A DNA stretch of 64,000 nt from an uncultured Gammaproteobacteria bacterium. Its GTDB lineage: Bacteria; Patescibacteriota; Patescibacteriia; UBA9934. The notes beneath the pieces were generated by a model that saw only the letters and a program-made list of their open reading frames with translations, ran no database searches and had not been told where the DNA came from. Positions 28,330-38,537 of the stretch are shown piece by piece. Made by a program: the position numbers and the translations under genes. Each line of letters opens with the position of its first letter. Positions within the stretch are counted from its first letter, which is position 1. The DNA is taken from NCBI GenBank assembly GCA_964582615.1, contig CAZORP010000003.1:2091-66090 (forward strand), written 5' to 3'.

Positions 28330-28983
28330 TTATTCAGCATCCTCAACAACGACCGTCTGCATGACATCACCAACCTTAATACGGTCAACAACCTCCATTC
28401 CTGAAACAACTTCCCCAAAAATGGAGTAAGCCTTTGGGAGCGGAACATCGTCAAGCATCACAAAGAACTGACTTCCATTGGTTCCACGGCCACCACGAAC
28501 ACCAGCATTTGCCATAGCTACAATACCGCGCTTGTAGGTGTAGTCATCATCAACTTCATCATCAAATGCGTACCCCGGTCCACCCGTTCCATTTCCACGT
28601 GGATCACCTCCTTGAATAACAAAACCCTCCTCTCGGCGATGGAATGTAAGCCCATTGTAATAGCCACCCTCGGCGAGATAGATGAAGTTTGAAACCGTTA
28701 CAGGAGCGGTTTCTGGGAAGAGACGGATAACGATATCACCGTATGTTGTTGTGATGCGAACCTGCTTATTTTCAATGCGATCAGCAGGAAGTACACCCTG
28801 AAATGTCCATGTCTGCATAGGTTGTTGATCACCTTCTTGCGCGGCGGCAGAAGATGGTGAAGATTCTTGTGGCACGGATGGTACCTCTTCTTTAGGAGAA
28901 AAGGCAACAGGACTTACCGAACATCCAGCCCCAAGAAGAAGAAGCGCCGCACCACTTGCAAACGATGCCCAAAGTGAACGCAT
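28330..28983 (-). CDS. ppiB: Peptidyl-prolyl cis-trans isomerase, cyclophilin type, lipoprotein
   Basis: FHRREEGFVIQGGDPRGNGTGGPGY is the cyclophilin core. The N-terminal LLLGAGC is a lipobox. Confidence 0.85.
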   Translation of the reverse strand: MRSLWASFASGAALLLLGAGCSVSPVAFSPKEEVPSVPQESSPSSAAAQEGDQQPMQTWTFQGVLPADRIENKQVRITTTYGDIVIRLFPETAPVTVSNFIYLAEGGYYNGLTFHRREEGFVIQGGDPRGNGTGGPGYAFDDEVDDDYTYKRGIVAMANAGVRGGRGTNGSQFFVMLDDVPLPKAYSIFGEVVSGMEVVDRIKVGDVMQTVVVEDAE

Positions 28984-28985
28984 AC

Positions 28986-29234
28986 TTATTGACGATAATA
29001 TTCTAATTTCTGCTCAAGAGAGCGAATTTTTGCAGACTGCACTCGTGTTGCGTACACCGATGTCACCAAAATGGTGGACAGCGAAAATACCAAGACAAGG
29101 AGAATTGCCGCGACCTCCATGCTTCCTACGGGAAGCGAGGAACACCCTGAACACTGTACGTGCTTTTTTTGAAGCACCGGATATACACCGGGTCGCTTCA
29201 TGAGCGCCCGAGACGATGATCGTGATGATGGCAT
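28986..29234 (-). CDS. Small hypothetical membrane protein
   Basis: 82 aa with one TM segment (VAAILLVLVFSLSTILVTSV). Confidence 0.35.
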   Translation of the reverse strand: MPSSRSSSRALMKRPGVYPVLQKKHVQCSGCSSLPVGSMEVAAILLVLVFSLSTILVTSVYATRVQSAKIRSLEQKLEYYRQ

Positions 29235-29249
29235 AAAAGATTTTCTCTC

Positions 29250-29945
29250 TTAGTATACACGAGGGTTTTTGCATGCATTCCAAGAATGCTCATAAATTCG
29301 CAACATGGTTATCATATCTCCGTTCTCGTTTATACCAAGGTCGGCACGATCTTTTGTGAAAAACGACTGTTGAACAGCGTCACTACACCGCATGATACGC
29401 GAAACATTTTTCCGTACAGGAAATCCATTGCTTGGCGTAAAAATGATATTTTCTTGAATTGAAAAAATGTGGTCATCAACAACATTCACAGGAGGAATGT
29501 TCATCGGCAAGATCTCTTCATATTCAAGAGCGGGTCCAATACCATATATTCCGGTTTGGCGAAGATCCGCTTCATATCCACCTGGAACGCGAGCGATATC
29601 AAGAGGCTCCCAAAACCCCTCATCATGAAACGTATACCATGAAATATCATCTCCAAAATCCCCCTGAAGACGCACCGTTGCGGAGCGAACGGGAAGATCA
29701 TCCTGAGAAGATTCAGGATACTCAATACGATACACGCCTTGCATACCGCGCTCAAAACCGTCACCGAGATTATCAAGCTTTTCAATACGCATGACATCCT
29801 CAGTGTACCCCTCACCAAAAACAAGCACCTTCTCATCAGAAGACTCCGCCTCCCAATGTTCGGGGTCGGAAATAATAAGATGAAGACTTACAAGGGGAAC
29901 GATAAACACCCACAACGCCCCCAAAAAAACACTCGTGACTTTCAT
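29250..29945 (-). CDS. Hypothetical secreted protein
   Basis: 231 aa with signal peptide MKVTSVFLGALWVFIVPLVSL. Confidence 0.5.
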   Translation of the reverse strand: MKVTSVFLGALWVFIVPLVSLHLIISDPEHWEAESSDEKVLVFGEGYTEDVMRIEKLDNLGDGFERGMQGVYRIEYPESSQDDLPVRSATVRLQGDFGDDISWYTFHDEGFWEPLDIARVPGGYEADLRQTGIYGIGPALEYEEILPMNIPPVNVVDDHIFSIQENIIFTPSNGFPVRKNVSRIMRCSDAVQQSFFTKDRADLGINENGDMITMLRIYEHSWNACKNPRVY

Positions 29946-29963
29946 GTCACTAGTGTACCTCGA

Positions 29964-31004
29964 CTACGCGTCCGCCTCCCAAGGCAGTGTTGATATGCCG
30001 ACACTTCCCGTTGAAACCATTGTCGCATACACGGGGCGACGAAGATAAAATCGCTCAACGATAGCCTCGGGACGAAAATCAAAACGCTTTGTTGCGATGG
30101 TAGTAAGATCACGACCATCTCCCCCAAGAACCTGCAGAGAAAGTGGCTCAGCAACGCCCGCAGTGTAGACAACCTGCACAAATACCTGATCGCTAAGCCC
30201 CTCACGAACGAATTGCCGCGCAACATATCGCGCCATGTATGTTCCCGATCGCGCAGGCTTGAGAGGATCCTTTCCCGCGAGTGCAACCCCTCCATGAGGG
30301 AGAAGCCCTCCATAGAAATCAGAAAGTACTTTTCTCCCAGAAACACCCGCATTCAAGAAAAATCCTCCCGATGTAAAAGGACCTGAGGGATTGATAAATA
30401 CCTGGACCCCCTCAACGAAAGATCCTAGTAACGGCTCAAGAACGTGCGTGTAGAGCAGTTGACGCACTTGATGCGCTTCAATTTCTTTCGCATGAGAAGC
30501 GATAACCGTGACATGCGTCATGCGATGATCATCAAAAACAATCTGCACCTTTCCGTCAGGCCGAAGCCAAGAAAAGCGATGATCGGTCATACGAAGCACA
30601 TCAATTCGCGCGGCAATGCTTCGCGCATACACCACGGGCATCGGGAGCATTTCTCGCGTCTTATTCGTTGCGTAACCATAGACAATCGCGGTTCCCTGAG
30701 CGCCTCGCGTTTCCGATCGCCCATGTTGCGGCTTGGGCTTTTCAATGTTTACAAAAAATTCGGGAGTATCCTCGTACCCAAGCGTCGCGTACGCCTCACG
30801 AACAACATCTCCAACCGCAAAATCAGCCTGAGACGTCACCACGCCGCCAACCATCACCATACCAGACGTTCCAAGTGCCTGTATGTCCATTGAAGAAAAT
30901 GGGTCACGTCGAAGATACTCGTCGACAATTGATTCAACGAGAAGATCGCAGACTTTATCGGGATGGCCAAGGAATGGAACCTCGACAGCCTTTTTCATGC
31001 CCAT
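29964..31004 (-). CDS. metK: S-adenosylmethionine synthetase
   Basis: GHPDKVCDLLVESIVD and GGVALAGKDPLKPARSGTYMARYVA. Start set at MGM or MKK. Confidence 0.9.
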   Translation of the reverse strand: MGMKKAVEVPFLGHPDKVCDLLVESIVDEYLRRDPFSSMDIQALGTSGMVMVGGVVTSQADFAVGDVVREAYATLGYEDTPEFFVNIEKPKPQHGRSETRGAQGTAIVYGYATNKTREMLPMPVVYARSIAARIDVLRMTDHRFSWLRPDGKVQIVFDDHRMTHVTVIASHAKEIEAHQVRQLLYTHVLEPLLGSFVEGVQVFINPSGPFTSGGFFLNAGVSGRKVLSDFYGGLLPHGGVALAGKDPLKPARSGTYMARYVARQFVREGLSDQVFVQVVYTAGVAEPLSLQVLGGDGRDLTTIATKRFDFRPEAIVERFYLRRPVYATMVSTGSVGISTLPWEADA

Positions 31005-31071
31005 AAAAGAAACTTGGCAGCACGGTAGCAAAAAACGCCCATATACGCACGCCAACCTTATCCACACCTTC

Positions 31072-31086
31072 AAGGTTACGTGTTCG
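31072..31086. promoter_or_regulatory. Candidate LexA operator, direct repeat GTTC-N7-GTTC, in the metK-lexA divergent region
   Basis: GTTCgtattttGTTC sits 44 nt upstream of the lexA ATG and matches the alphaproteobacterial-type SOS box geometry. Confidence 0.4.
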
Positions 31087-31129
31087 TATTTTGTTCGTAT
31101 ACTAACGTTATCAAGCGGATACCAACCCT

Positions 31130-31744
31130 ATGCTTCCCCCTCTTACAAAACAACAACGCCGTGTACTTACCACTATCGAAGCGTTCGTACAAGAACACGG
31201 CTACACACCTTCCTACCGAGAAATCGCCAGCATCCTTGGACTTTCCTCACCTGCCACCGTACATCAACACATTCGCGCACTCTGCGAAAAAGGCGTTATC
31301 AATACTGGCGATCACGGCATTGCTCGCTCTATTGAAGTTGTAGAAACCGAACCGCTTACCCCCGTCGCTATCATGCTTCCTCTTTCGGGACTTATCACCG
31401 CAGGAGAGCCCATAGAAGCTATCGAGGACCGTGATTCAATTGCCGTTCCTTCAGATTTTGTTGTTGACGCAATGAATTCTTACGTTCTCAAGGTTAAGGG
31501 AAGATCCATGATTGATGACGGTATCTTCGATGGAGACTATGTCATCATCGAACGCAATCCTTCCCCAAAAAATGGAGACATTGTCGTGGCCCTACTTGAT
31601 AGTACCTATGCTACATTAAAGCGATTCTATAAAGAGCCAGGCCGCATTCGCCTTCAACCAGCAAATAGCACCATGGAACCTATCTACGTATACGGCGACA
31701 TGAACATTCAAGGCATTGTCCGAGCAGTCCTGCGCAAGTGCTAA
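31130..31744 (+). CDS. lexA: SOS repressor LexA
   Basis: LTKQQRRVLTTIEAFVQEHGYTPSYREIASILGLSSPATVHQHIRAL (winged HTH), then an S24 peptidase domain (VKGRSMIDDGI, GDIVVALLD). Confidence 0.95.
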   Translation: MLPPLTKQQRRVLTTIEAFVQEHGYTPSYREIASILGLSSPATVHQHIRALCEKGVINTGDHGIARSIEVVETEPLTPVAIMLPLSGLITAGEPIEAIEDRDSIAVPSDFVVDAMNSYVLKVKGRSMIDDGIFDGDYVIIERNPSPKNGDIVVALLDSTYATLKRFYKEPGRIRLQPANSTMEPIYVYGDMNIQGIVRAVLRKC

Positions 31745-33009
31745 GCAACGCGCACCTCCTCTTCAATTTCAAGAAGTCGATTATATTTCGCTAAACGCTC
31801 AGAGCGCGAAGGCGCTCCAGCTTTAATGTATTCCGCGCGAACCGCAACCGCAATATCGGAGATCGTTGCATCGGGAGTTTCCCCGGAACGATGCGAGAGC
31901 ACCACGTGATAGCGATGCTTTTGCGCAAGTTCTATAGTTTCAAGCGTTTCGCTTAGCGTACCAATTTGATTTGGCTTGATAAGAACCGCATTAGCCACAC
32001 CTTCGGAAATACCCCTCTGCAAACGGTCAGGATTGGTCACAAAAAGATCATCACCAACAAGTAAGAGATCTTTTCCTAAACGGCGCGTGAACACCTTCCA
32101 TTCGTCCCACGCATCTTCACTGAGCCCGTCTTCAAGTAAAAGAAGTGGGTACGACGACGCCCACTGCTCATACATATGCGTTAGCTCAGAAGCTGAAAGC
32201 GTCTTTCTTTCCGCGGCAAGAAGGTACGTTTCGGTTCTCCCATCAAAAAATTCGCTCGATGCGGCATCAATGCCAAAGCCCACTTGAGATCCCAATCGAT
32301 ATTTTGCTCGCTTTACCGCTTTGCTTAAAAACTGAAGCGCGTCTTCAGTTTTTCCGACTTCCGGAGCGTATCCACCCTCATTTCCCACATCAGTATCAAG
32401 ACCTTCTTCGTGCAAAATATCCCCCAAAGCATGAAAGATTTCACTCCCCGCCTGAAGTTTTCTTGCAAATGACGTGAATCCATGAGGAATAACCATAAAC
32501 TCCTGCATGTCGAGATTAGTATCAGCGTGACGCCCCCCATTGAATACATTCATGAGTGGCGTTGGCATGCGAAATCCCTTATGCGAAAGAGCAAACGCTT
32601 CGCGAAGATGGCGATACAGCGGAAGATGAGAACTCTTTGCCGCCGCATGGGCATTTGCAAGCGAAACTCCAAGAATTGCGTTTGCTCCAAAAATTCTTTT
32701 CTCAGGAGTGCCGTCAAGAATCCTCATCGCGTCATCAAGACCACGCTGATCTGCGGAATCCATCCCCTTAAGCGCAGGCGCAATGCGTCGATGAATATGC
32801 TCTATCGCCTTACGAACACCAAGTCCACGATAGCGACGCTTATCACCGTCGCGCAATTCATGCGCTTCGTGCGTACCCGTTGAGGCTCCCGACGGAACAC
32901 TCGCCGATCCGCGAGCGCCACTTTTTAACGTAACCTGAACATGTACGGTAGGATTTCCGCGAGAATCTAGAATTTCTTGAGCGTGAATATCGGCAATGCG
33001 ATCGACCAT
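31741..33009 (-). CDS. eno: Enolase
   Basis: IHAQEILDSRGNPTVHVQV...SVPSGASTGTHEAHELRDGD. Confidence 0.95.
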   Translation of the reverse strand: MVDRIADIHAQEILDSRGNPTVHVQVTLKSGARGSASVPSGASTGTHEAHELRDGDKRRYRGLGVRKAIEHIHRRIAPALKGMDSADQRGLDDAMRILDGTPEKRIFGANAILGVSLANAHAAAKSSHLPLYRHLREAFALSHKGFRMPTPLMNVFNGGRHADTNLDMQEFMVIPHGFTSFARKLQAGSEIFHALGDILHEEGLDTDVGNEGGYAPEVGKTEDALQFLSKAVKRAKYRLGSQVGFGIDAASSEFFDGRTETYLLAAERKTLSASELTHMYEQWASSYPLLLLEDGLSEDAWDEWKVFTRRLGKDLLLVGDDLFVTNPDRLQRGISEGVANAVLIKPNQIGTLSETLETIELAQKHRYHVVLSHRSGETPDATISDIAVAVRAEYIKAGAPSRSERLAKYNRLLEIEEEVRVA

Positions 33010-33013
33010 ATCC

Positions 33014-33835
33014 TTACTTCAGGCCGTATCCTACGTAAACATCAATAACAACTTTATCTTCACCCATGGCAATATCTGGAGCGGTCGCTTCGGGAACTGA
33101 AGAATCTTTTGCGTACATATCAAACGAGGCGTACACAGGATACATACCCCCCGAGCTACTTTCGCTATACGATTGAACGTCGCCAAGTGATTGACCAAGA
33201 TCGCGTGCAATTGCCTCCGCTTGGAGTCGAGCTCGAGCGATGGCTTCACTGCGAGCCTCGTTTTCAGCCTCAGTTCTATCTTCAGCTTCAAAACGAAGAC
33301 TACCAACATTCGTTGCACCAAGTGCCGACGCCTGACGAAGTACCTCGTTCACCTTGTCCGCGTCCCGCATCTTTACCGTAAGCATTTGTGTTGCTTCGTA
33401 GCCAACAATCTCGGATTGTCCGTCAGTGTACTGATATTGCGGATAGACACTGTATGACGACGTCGCGAGATCGCCGTCGGTAATTCCCAAGTTCTTCACC
33501 GCTTCAGTGAATGACTTCATGAAAACATTCACCTTTTCTTGCGCGGCGCTTGGAGTCTCCGCTTGAATCGTCATACCAACATCAACTGTTGCAATGTTTC
33601 TTGCGATCGTTGCTTCTCCAGATGCATGAAGGGAGATCATTGGTGCTGACTGTGGCAAAATACCCACAAGACGGGCTTCTTGGTATTGGCGATATCCATA
33701 CATTGCAAGCGCAAATACTGCACCGCAACATACAGCGCTCTTAACTACCAAAAAAAGACGGGATGACTCGCAACAAGAGAGAAGTTGAGATGATGATGGC
33801 ATAGAAAAATTTTTCTCCATCATATCACGGAACAC
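33014..33835 (-). CDS. SIMPL-domain (DUF541) periplasmic protein
   Basis: 273 aa with an N-terminal TM/signal segment. IVGYEATQMLTVKMRD and SLRFEAEDRTEAENEARSEAIARAR. Confidence 0.7.
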   Translation of the reverse strand: MFRDMMEKNFSMPSSSQLLSCCESSRLFLVVKSAVCCGAVFALAMYGYRQYQEARLVGILPQSAPMISLHASGEATIARNIATVDVGMTIQAETPSAAQEKVNVFMKSFTEAVKNLGITDGDLATSSYSVYPQYQYTDGQSEIVGYEATQMLTVKMRDADKVNEVLRQASALGATNVGSLRFEAEDRTEAENEARSEAIARARLQAEAIARDLGQSLGDVQSYSESSSGGMYPVYASFDMYAKDSSVPEATAPDIAMGEDKVVIDVYVGYGLK

Positions 33836-33882
33836 TATACCTCTTGGGCATATTCTGATAAGGTATACTTCTTCTATTACGT

Positions 33883-35502
33883 ATGCCTGAGAGCGCCAAC
33901 CACCATCACCACCAAACTCCGCACGAGGACCCCAAACACGAGAACCCCCTCACCCCCTCGCACGTGCACATCGCATCAGCGGACCTTCCCCCTCAAGAAC
34001 CCAAAAAAAGAATTTTTGGTGGAAAAAAGTGGATAGGAATATTCCTTGGAATAACCTTCACACTTGGAGCTGGCATGTACGGGATTACGCACACTACACC
34101 AAGTGAAGTAGAGGGAAAGAGTACATCCCTATTCTCCTCACTCCACCACCTCGTAGGATCTTCATCGCGATCAGCAGACGCGGCCGCAGATGATCGAATC
34201 ACTATTCTCCTTCTTGGCATTGGCGGCGCTGGGCACGCCGGAGGACAACTTACCGACACCATGATGCTCGCCAGCTTTCAACCATCCACGGGAAACGTTG
34301 GCATGATCTCCATTCCCCGAGATCTCACGCTTCCCATCGATGGTCATGGCTATGGAAAAATTAACGCCGTTCATGCTTACGCCGAGCAAGACGATACAGG
34401 AAGCGGTATGGATGCCATATCCTCAGTGTTGGAAGATATTTTTTCTACAACCATTGACTATACTGTAAAAGTTGATTTCTCGAGCTTCGAAGAGCTTATC
34501 GACGCCATTGGCGGTGTTCGCGTCTATGTTACACGATCGTTCACCGATCCCGAATACCCCATCGATGGCATGGAAGATGCCGAGTGTCCCCCATCCGAAG
34601 ATCCAAGCGCATACCCCTATGCATGTCGCTATGAGGCACTTTCTTTTACACAGGGGTGGACGACCATGAACGGCGCAACTGCGCTTAAATACGCCCGATC
34701 TCGCCACGGAAACAATGGCGAAGGCTCTGATTTTGCACGCGCGGCACGACAACAAAACATCATGCTCGCGGTTCGAGAACAGCTCCTCTCGCTTGGAGTC
34801 CTCTTGAATCCCAAAAAACTCCAAAACATCGCAACAGTGATTGATAAAAATGTCAGTACGACACTTTCCTTCTGGGAAATGGTTGATTTGGCTCAATATA
34901 TCGACGATATCAACACTACATCAATGGCAACCCATGTCATTGACGGATCCAGTGGACTCGTCTATAACAGCACCCTCAACGGAGCCTACGTTCTTCTCCC
35001 AAAACACGAGGATTGGAGAGACTTTAAATCCCTCGCTGAACACATCTTTACCGCAACAACACCTTCTTCAGGTAGCGCGCAAGAATCCCCATCGGGATCA
35101 CAGATTCCAACAACGCAGGCAATATCACTAGCTACAGTTGCTGTCGAAAACGGAACACCAACTGCAGGTCTCGCGGCTCAAACCGCTCAGCTTCTTGAAA
35201 GCTCGGGCTATAGGGTAACCTCTGTGGGAAATGCCAAGGAAACTTCATGGGAACAAACCACGATTATTGACTTCAGTGAAGGAAAGAAATCCGAAGCGCT
35301 TGCCCAGCTTCAAGCCTACCTGCGGGCCGACGTTATCATGTCGAGTTCCGGAGCTCTTGCCGCTAAACACGTCATTCCACAAGTCATCTGGAGCACAAAA
35401 GACATCTCTGCCTACCGCGCAGATTCAACAACCGATTTCCTTATTATTCTCGGCTCTAACACCGAAAACTTCGTTCGATCATCATCATCGTATGCCTACT
35501 AA
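33883..35502 (+). CDS. LytR-CpsA-Psr (LCP) family protein
   Basis: A TM anchor, then ITILLLGIGGAGHAGGQLTDTMMLASF...MISIPRDL is the LCP core. The C-terminal half resembles a LytR_C-like extension. Confidence 0.8.
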   Translation: MPESANHHHHQTPHEDPKHENPLTPSHVHIASADLPPQEPKKRIFGGKKWIGIFLGITFTLGAGMYGITHTTPSEVEGKSTSLFSSLHHLVGSSSRSADAAADDRITILLLGIGGAGHAGGQLTDTMMLASFQPSTGNVGMISIPRDLTLPIDGHGYGKINAVHAYAEQDDTGSGMDAISSVLEDIFSTTIDYTVKVDFSSFEELIDAIGGVRVYVTRSFTDPEYPIDGMEDAECPPSEDPSAYPYACRYEALSFTQGWTTMNGATALKYARSRHGNNGEGSDFARAARQQNIMLAVREQLLSLGVLLNPKKLQNIATVIDKNVSTTLSFWEMVDLAQYIDDINTTSMATHVIDGSSGLVYNSTLNGAYVLLPKHEDWRDFKSLAEHIFTATTPSSGSAQESPSGSQIPTTQAISLATVAVENGTPTAGLAAQTAQLLESSGYRVTSVGNAKETSWEQTTIIDFSEGKKSEALAQLQAYLRADVIMSSSGALAAKHVIPQVIWSTKDISAYRADSTTDFLIILGSNTENFVRSSSSYAY

Positions 35503-36865
35503 TCCTCCTCGCATCGCCATTATCGGCCGCGCAAACGTGGGAAAATCTTCCCTCTTCAATCGCATGATCGAAGAACAGAAATCACTTGTATCGCAAATTT
35601 CAGGAACAACGAGAGATCGTTTCGAAGCTGACTGTATCTGGAAAGGCAGTGTGCTTCGTCTTATTGACACTGGAGGTCTAGACGCGAATGTTCTTGATGA
35701 CGTCGAGAAACACATTGTCGAGCAAGCAGAAATCGCCATCAAAGAAGCTGATGCGCTCTTTTTCGTTGTGGACATCACCGTTCCTCCAACCCCCGTTGAT
35801 TTTGCCATTGCACAACGCGTCCGAGCACTAAAAAAGCCCGTGCTCGTTCTTGCAAATAAAGCTGACAACAAAGAACTTCGCGCAAGTCTTCTAACGCCAG
35901 CATGGCGCGCATGGCCAATTGCCAAACCGCTTGCCGTGAGCGCGAAACGCGGAACTGGCGTTGGAGATGCCCTCGAAGAAGCAACCGAAATGCTTATAAA
36001 GGCGGGAAAGCCTCCCGTTGCAGTGTCTTCGGTGAGTCCTATTCGCATTGCTGTGTTTGGAGAACCGAATGTTGGAAAGTCTACACTTCTCAATACACTC
36101 ATTGGCGAAAAGCGTTTTATTACCGCAAACATGCCACATACGACGCGACAGCCAAATGATGTTCTCTTCGAGCACGAAGGCGCGCTCTATCAGTTCATCG
36201 ATACTCCCGGAGTTCGAAAGCACGCAAGCATGATGCGCTCAGGAAACGCGCTTGAACGTATTGGAGTTGATAAAACTCTCGACACCCTCGATCGTGCAGA
36301 TGTCGCACTTTTCGTCCTTGATATTACACGAGGCATTACCGCGCAAGACCGTCATCTTGCAGGAATTCTTGCTGAAAAAGGCATTTCTACGGTTATCATT
36401 GCAAACAAATGGGATCTCATACCCAAGAAAACTCCAACAACCATCAACGACCAAGAAGAGATCGTTCGAGGATTCTTACCTCAGCTAAAGTACGCTCCGA
36501 TTCTCTTTACCTCAGCACTCACTGGACAGCGCGCACAGGATGTCTTTGAGCATATCAACCACGTTTTTACAACGCGCTTCACACAACTCTCCGACGAAGA
36601 GTCAAAAGCGTTTATCGCAAAAGCAATCGCTCGTCATCGTCCAAGTCGCGGAAAGGGAGTCAAACATCCTCGTATTATTTCCTTCTTCCAATCACGAGTA
36701 AACCCTCCTACGTTTACACTTTTCGTAAACCTTTCACGAAAAGATTCTCTCGCGGATTCATACCTTCGTTTTCTTGAAAACATTCTTCGAGACGCTTATG
36801 ATTTCACCGGAACCCCTATGCGCATTCGCGTAGAAACTGGAAGAAAATCTCACACAACGTACTAA
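35492..36865 (+). CDS. der: Ribosome-associated GTPase Der (EngA)
   Basis: Two tandem GTPase domains (IAIIGRANVGKSSLFN, then IAVFGEPNVGKSTLLN) and a KH-like C-terminus. Start at MPTNPPRIAIIG. Confidence 0.9.
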   Translation: MPTNPPRIAIIGRANVGKSSLFNRMIEEQKSLVSQISGTTRDRFEADCIWKGSVLRLIDTGGLDANVLDDVEKHIVEQAEIAIKEADALFFVVDITVPPTPVDFAIAQRVRALKKPVLVLANKADNKELRASLLTPAWRAWPIAKPLAVSAKRGTGVGDALEEATEMLIKAGKPPVAVSSVSPIRIAVFGEPNVGKSTLLNTLIGEKRFITANMPHTTRQPNDVLFEHEGALYQFIDTPGVRKHASMMRSGNALERIGVDKTLDTLDRADVALFVLDITRGITAQDRHLAGILAEKGISTVIIANKWDLIPKKTPTTINDQEEIVRGFLPQLKYAPILFTSALTGQRAQDVFEHINHVFTTRFTQLSDEESKAFIAKAIARHRPSRGKGVKHPRIISFFQSRVNPPTFTLFVNLSRKDSLADSYLRFLENILRDAYDFTGTPMRIRVETGRKSHTTY

Positions 36866-36873
36866 CCTTACCT

Positions 36874-37458
36874 ATGCATCTTATCGTGGGCTTGGGAAAT
36901 CCAGGAGCACTTTATGAAAAAACCCGCCACAACGCGGGTTTTCTTGCGCTCGACACCTTACAAAAACTCCTTCCCGAGGCATCTCCCTGGAAACAGGATG
37001 CTGGTCAGGAGGCATGGATAAGTCTCGCAACCATCGAAGGACATCGCGTTGCACTTATAAAACCAACGACGTTCATGAACCTTTCAGGGAGGGCTGTTCA
37101 AAAAATTTCCGCATTTTACCGAGTAAATCCTCAAGAAATTCTTTGCATTTCCGACGACACAACACTCCAGACAGGAACTTTGCGCATACGAGCTCAAGGA
37201 AGTTCCGGTGGGCACAACGGTCTCAAGTCACTCATCGCATCACTTGGAACTGAAACTTTCTGGAGAATCCGTGTAGGCGTTGGAAGCCCTCCTTCACACA
37301 TTCCCCTTGAAACTTGGGTTCTTCAAAGATTGCCATCGGAAGACCTCGATCTTCTTCGTGATCGAAGTGAACTCCTCATAACATACCTCACACATTTTGT
37401 GTGTGGTAAGCTCACCGAGCAAACACTTCCCATGCCTCCAAGCTCCCCGCTTGCATGA
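36874..37458 (+). CDS. pth: Peptidyl-tRNA hydrolase
   Basis: MHLIVGLGNPGALYEKTRHNAGF. Confidence 0.95.
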   Translation: MHLIVGLGNPGALYEKTRHNAGFLALDTLQKLLPEASPWKQDAGQEAWISLATIEGHRVALIKPTTFMNLSGRAVQKISAFYRVNPQEILCISDDTTLQTGTLRIRAQGSSGGHNGLKSLIASLGTETFWRIRVGVGSPPSHIPLETWVLQRLPSEDLDLLRDRSELLITYLTHFVCGKLTEQTLPMPPSSPLA

Positions 37459-38537
37459 GTTATCACCCACTCGACGCACTTCCCTTCTTTCCCCAGTGGT
37501 CCCCTCGGTTTTTACGAATTCTCAACCTCCATATTCCCAATTTACATCTCCTTCTTGAAGGAGATTTTCTTGAGCTTTCCCCGTTTTTTCCCAATGCCCA
37601 CGATCTTTTATGGAATTTTCTCAACTGGAGAACGTGCGGGGGCCTTCTTGAGGCCACTGCCCATCTCGACCGCCTTTCCCTTACAGTCACCCACCGCGAT
37701 AATGCGGCATTTCCGGAACTTCTACGAACCATTCACACGCCACCAATTCTTCTTTACGGAAGAACTCCTCAACCCAAAAAAACTTGGTACGCTATCGTAG
37801 GATCACGAGCGGCGACGGCATACGGAACCATGCACGCCTCTGCCTTTGGAGCGCAACTCGCCCTCCATGATATCGGCCTTATTACAGGCCTCGCACGAGG
37901 CATTGACACGGCGGCAATTCACGGATGCCTGAAGCAGGGCGGCACAGTTCTTGCCGTACTCGCAGGAGGACATGCACACATGAGCTCGTCAGAAAAAGCT
38001 CTCGCACAGGAAATAGAAGCGCATGGGGGCGCTGTTATTTCGGAACGACCCCCGGAATACGAGCCAAAGTCATACGACTTCCCCATTCGCAATAGGATTA
38101 TCGCTGGATGCGCCGAAAAGATTCTTCTTTGTGAGGCAAAAGAAAAAAGTGGATCGCTTATTACCGCTCGTTATGGCATCGAAGAGCATCGCGACGTCTT
38201 TGTCATTCCAGGAAGAACAACGGATGCGGAAAGTCGAGGTTGTAACCTCCTCCTTCAAGAGGGCGCCAATCTTTGCCTTTCTTTTGAAGATTTTCTTGGC
38301 TTTTCCCCACAAAAAGAGCAAAAAACACCAGTTCAATCGCATAAAGAACCCCAAACCATGACCAGCGACCTTCATCACAATCTTTGGCAGGCGCTTTGCC
38401 AAAATCCCAAAACTTTTGATAGTCTGGTAGAATGTACCCGAGCTCCCGAAGGAAAAGTTGCAGGAATTCTTAATATTTGGGAAATTGAAGGGTCCGTCGC
38501 CTTGCGCGAGGGAACGTATCACTCGGTGTCTGTATGA
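37455..38537 (+). CDS. dprA: DNA processing protein DprA
   Basis: AIVGSRAATAYGTMHASAFGAQLALHDIGLITGLARGIDTAAIHG is the DprA Rossmann core. A C-terminal winged-helix-like region follows. Confidence 0.9.
   Translation: MSYHPLDALPFFPQWSPRFLRILNLHIPNLHLLLEGDFLELSPFFPNAHDLLWNFLNWRTCGGLLEATAHLDRLSLTVTHRDNAAFPELLRTIHTPPILLYGRTPQPKKTWYAIVGSRAATAYGTMHASAFGAQLALHDIGLITGLARGIDTAAIHGCLKQGGTVLAVLAGGHAHMSSSEKALAQEIEAHGGAVISERPPEYEPKSYDFPIRNRIIAGCAEKILLCEAKEKSGSLITARYGIEEHRDVFVIPGRTTDAESRGCNLLLQEGANLCLSFEDFLGFSPQKEQKTPVQSHKEPQTMTSDLHHNLWQALCQNPKTFDSLVECTRAPEGKVAGILNIWEIEGSVALREGTYHSVSV

Noticed and set aside
35485-36132. A 215-aa ORF on the minus strand
   Set aside because: It is antisense to der, whose dual GTPase motifs are unambiguous.
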